A stretch of DNA of 64,000 bases from Marsupella aquatica (Eukaryota > Plantae > Marchantiophyta). The stretch covers positions 14,976,684 to 15,040,683 of the forward strand of contig OZ316896.1 in the NCBI GenBank assembly GCA_973895155.1, given 5' to 3'. Below, piece by piece: positions 22,771-32,995 of this stretch (position 1 is its first letter; the number at the start of each line of letters is the position of its first letter). The notes under the pieces were generated by a model. It searched no databases. It had not been told where the DNA came from and was given only the letters and a program-made list of their open reading frames with translations. Made by a program: the position numbers and the translations under genes.

Positions 22771-25700
22771 TTTACACGACAAATACATATTTACTCCTAC
22801 TAAAATCGTTTGTTATCGTACGACGGGAACGTGGAGGGACGCTATTAGGATTCTATTGCATGTAGGATGAGTATGTTTATTTCTGCTCACGGAAATGTAA
22901 TTTTTGATCAAGTCTACCGACTAGCCGCTCTGCTTTTGATCAAGTCCCATGGACTACGCCACACACACACTCCTACTGGTCGTTGGTGGAGTGCTCTCAT
23001 CACCCCTCCTACTCACAGGGTTGACCAAACCATGCAAGGATTCCTTAGACACTTCTTGGGGAAAGAACACAATCTTGAACCAGAAAAGATACCGCCACAC
23101 CAAAACTTGAGGAATCAAACTAAATCCATATCATTTGGCAAAACATCATAACACATTGCAAGGACAACCCGGCCGTCTACCCAACTACTGCCTCACTGGG
23201 ACAAGTGCTACACCTCTACCTCACTACTCTGGCTTGATTCCCTCTTCCGGCTATGAGCTAACTTCCCTAAGCAAATACTAGACTGAGTTCCCCCCTAACT
23301 ACTTCGGGGCTCTCCCCCTAAATACCAAAAAAACACACCAAAGCACCCCTCACGGGGCCACAACGATGGCGGCTTACCCTAGCGGCGCCGCTAAACCCTT
23401 CACTAAGAAACCCCTAAACTAAAAGCATGCGGCACACACATGCTTCTAAAACCCTAAACCCTAAACTAACAATGGGACCGATGGTGCCTTCGACGGCGCC
23501 CCAACATTACTCCGTGAACCGTGAAATTGCAAGGGACCCCACAATGGCTGAAACTAGGTGCCCCTCCACTTGCATTTCTGAGTTCACCCCTGGATAGCCC
23601 CCCTCCTCCTGAGCATGAATCACTCAACCGCTCTTGAAACGGACATCGGACGACCAAGTTATGGCCGTTTCAGTATCCCGTAAACCCAACTTCGTCGGGC
23701 CCTAACTTGCTCGTCCTGGCTCCGTTTGAGGAGCGCCGCCTCTTGTTGGAATCAGCTCCGCGAGCTCTTTCCAAAAAGCCTGTGAGTGACCCCTCACAAA
23801 AAAGTTGGAAAGTCAATGGGTCATACAACCACGTCCGTACGACCACCCTAATCCTCCTCCTCTTCACTCACGATGCCCTGGCTTGAGCCCCGTGAGTGGG
23901 CCTCCCCATCACTCTCCACTGGAGTGAGTGCCACTTCACTCCTATTCTTCTTCACCGGGGTACTCCTTGTGCTAGTGCTCCCCTGCTTCCTCAAATTGGC
24001 CAAGGCCTGCCACGCCTTGATGTACCCCTCACCAATGGTGTCCTTCCATAAGGCCGCCTCTTCACCGGACCGCAACTCCAACGGTAAAACCTGTCCGGTG
24101 GCCATGGGAGTCCCAGGGGTGACAGATCGGGGTGGCATCCCCGGGGTCCCCGTGTTGACCTGAGCCTCTTGTAACGATTTACGTACCTCCCTGAGCTTCT
24201 TCTCTAAGCTCTTGCTCTTCTCTTGACTCTTCTTGGCTGCATCCAACAGGGGTCCATACTTCCCACTGACTTCCTTCACCACCATCTCAATGGCCCTGGA
24301 GATCAAATCCGGGAAAAGTGTGGAGCTAGGTGTGCAGGGGCTCTTCCGTTTCCCTAGACTCAAGGCCTCACTCCTCTTAGTCCTTGTCTCAAAGATCATC
24401 ATTTGACCCCGTAGTGCTCCCACCTGAGCTCTTAACTCCACCACTTCCCCAGAATTTTGCTTCTCTTTGGCCAGTGCCTGTTTCAATACTCCAACCTCTT
24501 CCGCTTCCTTGGCCTTGGTGGACAAGGCTCCTTTCAAGTTGGAGATCTCTACGTGAGCTGCTTGGAAAAGCTTAGCCTTCTCATGAATGGCCTCCTCCTT
24601 GGCCTTGATCACCTCCTTCATAGACAAGGCACTCTGCTCCAAAGTCTCTACTCTGGCGGTGGCCTGCTTGAGAGAATCTCTCAATGCATGGACTAGCTTG
24701 AGTCCCTCATGGACTCCCTCCCGGAAATCCCGTAACTCCGCCAGGTAGACATCAGGAATGTCATAGACTAGGGCTCCTTCGGATTTCCCACAAGTGATTC
24801 AAGCCACTCCAATGTGGAGTCCTCATCCTGGTTTTCTTCCTCTCTATTATCATCCCCAACCGCCGACGATGATCCCTCCGTTAGTTTCCCCAAGATGGTA
24901 GTGGCAATACTCCTGATTTCCGTGGTAAGGGATGATCCAGAATCTTCCTGTCCCGGGGAAACAATCCACCCTTCTGCTCTGGCCAGCAAAAATGACCCCA
25001 TCAAATGTACAGCCCCACTTGGTTTCACACTCCCGGGATCGGCATCCAATAGCTTCTTCAACTCGTAGTACCACCATCCGTACACATGGGCTGGATAGTT
25101 CTTGATGTCCATAGCTACCACGAAATGTTCTCCATTCACCACCCCGGATTGCACGTTACCAAGGATCCGTTGATGAACCTTGGCCAGAAATCCCTTGTGC
25201 TCAGCATCCTTGACGGCAGAAAGAGGAATGGAAGTAGTGGAGGTGGGATTAATCACCCAACCGGCCACCATTTTACTCCTCCTTGCGGCTGCGCCTCGCC
25301 TACTTGCGGGGCTCTTCCCCTCCTTGCGGCTTGCTTGGCCCGGAGCCAGGAGTTTAATTGCCCCCGTCGCCTCCCCTGGAGTGGGGAATTGAATCCCCTC
25401 ACTCCCCTCCGTGACCCTTTCCTACCGGCAGCTCCTCGCCGACTCACCTCAGCTCGCGCCTGCCTCCTCCTTCTCGGTCACAGCTGGTGGGCTCGCGGCC
25501 CTATGCAAGGCTCGCAGCCCTCTCCTCCGTTCACTCGCGGGGCCCTTTTAAGAGGGCTCCTTAAGAGGGGTTTAATCCCCCCAACTCCTTCTCGCCATGC
25601 GCCCTGGCTGCCTCTATGGAGATGCCAGGTGGCGTCCATAGGAGCTGCCCCTTATGGACCCCTTTAAGGATTCCATGTGTCACCTCCAGGGGTGCTCCCT

Positions 25701-26085
25701 ATGGGCGCCCCCTATTCCTCGCCCCTTTACTCCAAAAACTTTTAACCTCTCAAAAGAACTCATTCTCTTCTTTTGGCCCTTCAGTTGTTGTGGTTATACC
25801 CATTTAACCCCAAAAAGAAAAGTTAACCTCTTGGACTTATAGGGGGAACTTGACAATGGTTCAAGAGAAATGGCCAGGCCACCTATTTTCCCCCCTCCTA
25901 GGTTGCCGTGACCGTTTAGAACAATTCTGAGAAGAAAATAAAGTAAAGTCCTCCTGGCAGCACCAACTTGAAAGGACGAAATTAACTCGAAAATTAAAAA
26001 ACAGCTTATTTACAGTGGCTATTAACAATGCACAGGCCTCCGCGACCAGTTATGTGTGACTTCCCGTGACGGGGTACCCGTCACA
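22771..26085 (-). mobile_element. 3.3-kb solo-LTR-like insertion carrying an ORF
   Basis: 5-bp TSD AACGA (22766-22770) / AACGG (26086-26090). Minus-strand termini TGTGACGGG...GTCGTGTAAA (CA mutated). The host coding sequence rejoins across it. No internal LTR pair or pol seen. Confidence 0.65.
23848..25447 (-). pseudogene. Coiled-coil protein gene inside the 3.3-kb insertion (stop and frameshift)
   Basis: Collinear ORFs 25253-25447, 24768-25271 and 23848-24684; heptad-rich K/E/A segment and an acidic tail. Confidence 0.55.
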
Positions 26086-26803
26086 AACGGTAATTGATTT
26101 TTTGGACTTGTTATTTCCTTCCACCCCATCTCCATCAAGTATTTTCCCATGCAACCACATCTCACATACTAAACGCCACAACTCAAAAAGATCATTGTCC
26201 GCAAAAAATAACCAATATACATTTTGCAAGACCTTCCTCCCCATAGACATTCTTACCAGAGCCAACCAATCCTAGAATCCAAAAGGAAAGCTAGTCAGTT
26301 ATCCCCATGTCCAACTCAAGCGATGGAAACAAATAGGATTCTAATGTGCAATAATAGTTTTGGATTCAGATGGTCTCAATCAAAAACAAAACTCAAACCA
26401 AAAATTCCAACACTCTGCGACAAATCATTTCGGATTGAGACAATCCAAATCCAAAATAGAATTACTCTCAGATATGGTAGAGGAATGCACACAAAGCAAT
26501 CAACTTTAATTCATACCTGAAATTTGGTTGTTTTGAGCATTTGTTTTGTTGTCACCATGTTTTGGTTTGTTTGGTCTTCCATATTCAACAAACTGTCGCC
26601 TTGCATGGACAACTGTATCCTTAAAGCAAACTGAAACACCATTGTGCTATTGATGGCATTCGATCTCATGGAGTGCTCAACAAGAATTGTAGACGGTGTG
26701 CGATCAGACAATATTCTAGACTTCCTGAATTCTAACTTCTTGGCCAATTGGGTTAGCTTGGCATCCTTCTTTGCCCAATCACAAATCCACCTCGCAGCTC
26801 TTG

Positions 26804-27468
26804 CCCTGGGCCCCCAGCATTATTAATAATGGGCTGGACGTGCAAACGGATGAAGGGTGCAAAAAATCTGATTTGAGATTAATTTTTATAATTGGCTTAG
26901 AAATATCAAGGGATGGTTTTATTCAAAGAACCCTTTCTAACTAATATAGGCTTATATAAATGTGACCCAAGTTAATATGCTTCAAGAGGTGATGTAATAT
27001 GGATGTGACATGCGTCACAATAGGATTGGTCCTTGTGGTCACCCTTTATTGGAACATGTGTATATGACATATAATTATGCTTGCAACATCTATGATTCAG
27101 AGTAGTTTAGGACTTTGGAGCTTTTGAACCCTGACTACCCTGCCATGTGGTTCAAAAATGCCCCAAAGTTGAAGTTTGGGGTTAAAGGGTCACAAACACA
27201 AAAATGTATGTACCCAAAACCCTTCCAAAACACTCCCATCAGTTTTAGAACCGTTTGCACATGATGAATTTATAACTTTTCAAGGCTTTCATAAATGGTG
27301 TAAAATGTGAAATTATAATATCTCAAAGGGGCAAATTTATTCTCCAAAATTAAGTTTCTAAGAATAACAAGAGAAATTTTTATAGGCTTCCAAAAATAAT
27401 AACGGGTACTAGGGAGGGGGGTGTATGCACATATACCTCTTTAGTTTACAAAGGCTGGGGGCCCAGGG
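26804..27468. mobile_element. Non-autonomous TIR element (MITE, hAT-like), 665 bp
   Basis: Perfect 15-bp TIR CCCTGGGCCCCCAGC / GCTGGGGGCCCAGGG. 8-bp TSD AGCTCTTG at 26796-26803 and 27469-27476. Confidence 0.92.
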
Positions 27469-27759
27469 AGCTCTTGCAGAGTACGTGTTGACCACTAACG
27501 GCAAGAAACTGGACCTCACCCTTTTTCACTCCAGCCAAAAAATCCTTCCGGTCCGACTCCGTATTCTCAAAGTGGAGTACCTTTCTTTGCTTGACATTAA
27601 AAGGAATCAAATCCGCAACATGTGGCTTGTGCCCAGGTGTTTTGACCATGGAATCAACAATGTCTTGCACATGATCAGAATTCAGCATCCGATGGCATAG
27701 TCTTGCCGGCGCGGGCAAAATACTTTCGATCGGGATCAAAAAAATCTCATTTATCCTAA

Positions 27760-28032
27760 AAGTGTAGTTCACCTCCACATGAGGCTACGTCCACAGGAAC
27801 ACACAAGAACTTTACTGCACTCTTGGCCGACCAGCCATACCAAGCATCCACAGCACAAGCTCTCCCTATCTCTTAACTAGCTCCGTAACAATGAGCCTAA
27901 GTTCCACCAGGGTCTGGCATCAGCCCTGGCTATATGCACAACAGCACTACCGCTAACATTAGCTAAGTCCTAACCCAAGTTAGACTAACTATAGTTAGCT
28001 CATGAGTCACAAGACTAGAGCAATATCTAACA
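27760..28032 (-). mobile_element. Truncated LTR (same family as the solo LTR at 40491) inserted into the copia 5' LTR
   Basis: The minus strand starts TGTTAGATATTGCTC and shares gtggaacttaggctcattgtta, gagagctt, cttggtatggc and tcttgtgtgttcc.gtggacgtagcctc with 40491-40837. Confidence 0.8.
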
Positions 28033-29354
28033 TGGATTTCTCTCACGGCCGCGGACGTACGTAGCCCAGACGGGGTGAACCAGGTACTTTCAATGTCAGA
28101 GTCTATGGATGTTGTTCACATGTGTTGACGCTGTCTCGTTTGGTCTAGATCATATCCCAACAATTGGTATCAGAGCTTGGGGACCGAGATTGAGAAGCGT
28201 TTGGGGCTCATCGTGACCGATTTGTGGCGTTCGGTGCGGGATGTGAGCGTGAATCGTCTCCTAGGCAAAGTAGCATAGGCTTTGGTCTGTTCCTGTGTTG
28301 TTTAGGCAGAAGATTGCACGCATTTTGAAGGTGGGAAGAATTCCCTTTGTGTTCGATGGGTTTTCAATGATTTTCTTCAATGTGAGCGCAATCCGGGTGT
28401 CTCGCTTGTTCGTTTTTGTCGTTGATTTGATCCGGGGAGTTACAAACGGGACGCGGATCAGTTTGCAATAAATGGGAAATACTTTGGTGGTGTGTGTGAC
28501 CACTAACTTGATGTCAAAGCTGGCTGTTAAGCTCAAGCAGTCGTAGCTAGGAACTCAAAGCGACGATCGTACAATTGTACGAATTTAGGTCGATTTTTTA
28601 AAATCATGATCTTGTGTTTCCCATAGGCTTGTTGGAAATATCTCGTCGCGCTCGTTCCAACCATATAAATTATAGATTGATCGGAGATTAGACGGTTGAG
28701 ATATGGGCAGTCAAAGCAGGTTTGACTTTGGCTGCATGGCAGGGCGCGGGAAGGGCGTTCGGCCGAGTACGGGAAGGGTGGCAGGGCGGCAGGGGGGCAG
28801 CAGGGTGCTTGGGTCATGGTGCAAACAGGCATAGTCCTATTTGTGGCAAGTTCCACAGGGCAATTTGCCCCTGCGTAGGGCCAAACGCCCCCTGTACTTT
28901 TATTCCCTATATTCCCAATTTTCCAGAACGTTAAAATGCAGTGGTAAATTAGGGATCCGGCAAGGCAAATGGGTTCCATTTTTGGAGATTTTTGCAGGGG
29001 TGTTCTTGGGGGAGTTAGGGAGAGGCCTGAAAAATTGGTTTAGGAAACGGAGGTGCATGGAAGTTTTTATTAAAAAGATTCCTTGAGGGGGTCGGAAGTG
29101 ACATTTTGACCCCCTTGCAATTAGCGGTTAATAACTCTTGGCTTGAGTGTCTGTTTGCGGAGCTGTTTGGTGTTCTGGAAAGGTTATCTTCGAGGCTACA
29201 GGAAGGTGAAGTCAGTTATTGATTTAGATCACTTTCATTTTTGGGTGATTTTTTGGGTGAGGCTGCTTGGAGGGTCCGATACGGTTTGGCAGCCTTACAA
29301 GCACCTTGGTAGCTTACATTGAATACATTGCATGTAAGAGTAGGGGACATTGTG

Positions 29355-32300
29355 ATGGCATCCCGGAAGGTGATCAGTGTAAAGTATGAAGTGGAGCAAT
29401 TCACCGGCCACAATAACTTCACGTCATGGAAAGTACAAATGAAGGACGTTCTTGTTTCCTAGGGCTTGGGTTCAGCATTCAGCACCAAGCCATCCTCCAT
29501 GACCGATGAGGAGTGAGAAGACATTGGCAATCGTGCTCTCAGTTTGATTAGGCTCCACTTGGCACCTGAAGTTTACTTCAGGTTATGACGGAGGACACAG
29601 TTACAAAGCTGTGGGATCGACTGAAGCTTATGTATCAGAAGAAGTAGTTGACAAATCGACTATACACGAGCTTGAAGTTGATGAACTTCAAGATGGTTGA
29701 AGGTAAAACTATGCACGGACATATTGATGGTTTTAATTTAATCGTTGCAGAGTTGGCGAGTCTCAATGAGAAGGTGGAGGATGAGAAGAAGGCCCTTCAT
29801 TTGCTTACTTCCTTGCCACGCTCATATGAGAACCTGGTCTAGACAATCTTGTATGGCAAGACAACGTTGACCTATGATGAGACAGTGAACACTCTGTTGT
29901 CAGACAAAATGCAAAAGAAGATACACAACGGTTCTTCTTCTTCTTCTTCATCTGGATCAGCACTAGCAGTTACCATGGGCAGGTCACGACAGCGTTTTAT
30001 AGGCTCCTCTGGTAAAACCAAGGCTAGATCAAAGTCACGTGACTCGAATGGTGTTGAGTGCTGGAAATATGGTCAGAAGGGCCACATTAAGAGGAATTGC
30101 AGGAGTGGTGGTAGCATTCAAAGTCAGTCGAGTCTTGTTACTTTTGATGATGTTGTTGGTTTTGCCTTATGTACCGGTTCCAAGGTGGGGGACCAGAGTG
30201 GATTTTAGATTCTGCATGTTCCTTTCATATGTGCCATGACAAGGAGGTCTTTTGCACCTATGAACCAAAATCAGGGAACGTCTTGATGGGGAATGATCAA
30301 CCCTGTCAAGTCATTGGCAAAGGTACAGTGCGCATTCAAATGTTTGATGGAGCTGTGCATACGTTGACGAACGTTCGTCACATTCCAGATTTGAAGCGGA
30401 ATTTGATCTCTTTGGGAGCATTGGACACATCTGGTTGTCAATGGAGTACAACCAATGGAGTTTTGAGGGTCACACATGATCCTCTAGCAGTGATGGAAGG
30501 TAGGAAGCAAGGTAATCTATATATCCTGGTAGGCACCACAATTCTTGGTAGTGCCAATGCAGTTTCATCAGAGGTGGATCAGACACGATTGTGGCATGCA
30601 CGGTTGGGTCACTTGAGTGAGAAAGGGTTGAATGTGTTGTGCAAACAGAATCTCTTGCCAAGTGCAAAATCGTGCAAGTTGGGGTTTTGTCAGCACTGTG
30701 TCCTTGGTAAGCAGCATCGTGTAAGTTTCTCAACAGCCAGTCATACCTCTAAAGATATTTTGGATTACATTCATTCTGATGTGTGGAAATCACCTGAGCT
30801 CTCAATGTCAGGAATGAAGTATTACATATCTTTTATTGATGATTATTCAAGGATGATCTGGGTGTACTTTATGCGTGAGAAGTTTGAGGTGTTCTCAATC
30901 TTCAAGAAGTGGAAGATGTAGGTTGAGACACAAACAGGAAAGAACGTGAAATTTCTTTGTTCAGACAATGGAGGTGAGTATATCTCTAATGAATTTCATC
31001 TCTATTTAGAGCGTGAAGACATTACTCGACATTTGACCAATGCATATACTCCTCAATAGAATGGTGTTTTTGAGAGGCTGAACAGGACACTATTGGAGAG
31101 GTACAGAAGTATGTTGAGCCAAGCAGGTCTATCGAAGATCTTTAATTTGGGTTGAAGCTGTCAACACAACAGCTTACCTACTAACATTGTCTCCAATTAG
31201 CAGTATTGGTCTTAAGACTCCGTTTGAGATGTGGCACAAGAGACCTGTAGATTACACGAGGTTGCGTGTGTTTGGATGTGAGGCATATGCGTTATTGCCT
31301 CCAGTTTCACGGAATAAGCTTGATCCAAAGTCTGTGAAATGTGTGTTTCTTGGCTACCAGAAGGGAGTAAAAGGGTATCGTCTTTGGGACCCGAAGGCAC
31401 AGAAGTTGGTAGGACTTCAGCAAGGATGTTTCCTTCAATGAAGGTCCATCATTGAAGGAGGGGGAAGAAATGCCACATACTCCTGATGCTGACACAATTG
31501 AGGGGGAGATTGAGCATGAGTATGCTCATGGACCAACACCCGCGCCGACGGTACCATTGGCACCAGTACCAGTAGCTATAGTTAGTGGAGAATCAGTTGC
31601 TCTTGGTGTGGGTGAGTCATCTAGGCGGTCATCTTCACGGCCAGTTCAAGCTCCAAAAATGTATGGTACATGGTTTCCCTCAGACCAGTTGGAGAGTGAT
31701 GATGATATTGATGATTCTGAAGCCGTTATGCTTATAGAAGATGGTGATCCATCTACATATGGTGAAGCCATGTCTTCTATGGATAAAGCACAATGGAGTG
31801 TTGCCATGCAAACAGAGATGCAGTCACTGTATAAGAACAAGACTTGGGAGTTGGCTGAGCTTCCTAAAGGTTAACAGGTCATTGACAACAAGTGGGTGTT
31901 CAAGAAGAAGGATGACACTTCTGAACATGCAAAGAAGATCTACAAGGTCAAGCTTGTGGCCAAGGGATTCACCCAAAGGAAGGGTGTGGACTATAATGAG
32001 GTCTTCTCACCAGTAGTAGCGATGGCTACTTTGCGCTTGATTATGGCATTGGTTGTTCTGTTTGATCTCTGCATGGAGCAAATGGATGTAGTCACAACTT
32101 TTTTGTATATATGGACTACTAAATGAATTGATATTCCTGAGGCATCCACAAGGATTTGTGGCTAAGGGTAGGGAGCACTTGGTGTGTAAGCTGTGGAAGT
32201 TGCTTTATGGTCTGAAGCAAAGTCCAAGGTAGTGGAACAAGAGGTTTTATACCTTTATGTTGTCACTGGGCTTTGTTCAGAGTGAATATGACGGTTGTGT

Positions 32301-32995
32301 CTACATGAAGAAGGTGAGCAATGCAGTGTTTGGTTTCATTATTTTGGTCCTTTATGTGGATGATATGCTCATTGTTGCCAAGGATATGGCAGAGATTATT
32401 AAACTCAAGACTCAGTTGAGCTCAGAGTTTAGTATGAAGGATTTAGGATCAGCCAGACGCATACTTGGGATGGAGATTCATAGAGACAGGAAGAAGGGGA
32501 AATTGTGGCTGACGTAGAGTAAACTGTATACAACGAAGGTACAAGTTGCTAAGTTCAACATGGCAAGTGCTAAGGTTGTAACTACTCCTCTGGCAACAGA
32601 TTTCAAGTTTTCGGCCGCATCTTGTCCCACAGATGCAATTGAAAAGGGATTGATGTCTAAGGTTCTTTACGACAGTGAAATGGGCAGTTTGATGTACCTT
32701 ATGGTTAGTACTCGACCAGACATAGCGCATGTTGTGGGTGTGGTGAGTAGGTACATGCCTTGGTTAACCTAGGGAAGGTACATTGGGAAGCAGTCAAATG
32801 GATTCTAAGGTACTTACACGGCACATCTGAGGTTGGTTTGTTGTTTGATGCACATTCAAACAATGCGATGTCTTTTGTTGGATATGTGGATTCAGCTACG
32901 GTGGTGATTTGGATCAACGAAAGTCTACTATAGGGTATTCTTTCACGTTGGCAAGAGGATGTGTAAGTTGGAGATCCATGAAGCAGAAGTATTCT
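29355..32995 (+). pseudogene. Copia gag-pol polyprotein, disrupted
   Basis: EQFTGHNNFTSWK (gag); CWKYGQKGHIKRNC (degenerate knuckle); WILDSACSFHM (PR); LWHARLGH..CQHC, HSDVW, SDNGGEY (IN); LYVDDMLI (RT); start of RNase H (RKSTIGYSF..GCVSWRSMKQK), cut off at 32995. Many stops and frameshifts. Confidence 0.95.

Larger units (their letters stand above)
21100..27755 (-). pseudogene. Decayed ParB-like + beta-type N6/N4 DNA methyltransferase-like gene, interrupted by two insertions
   Basis: N-terminal part: IPIESILPAPARLCHRMLNSDHVQDIVDSM...FLAVSGQH(S)ARAARW (joined across the MITE). Middle: helical segments at 26050-26265 and 22346-22760. C-terminal part: LAIVDF (about 22210), then NP.CKPTRMIQRIIESLLEPGDLILDFFSGGQ (21481-21663), matching HP..KP..L...I.....GD.VLD.F.G.G. 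Many stops and frameshifts. Confidence 0.65.

Noticed and set aside
27756-27778. Start MEVNYTF of ORF 27446-27778
   Set aside because: Comes from the adjacent LTR fragment across a deletion junction; not the true N-terminus.
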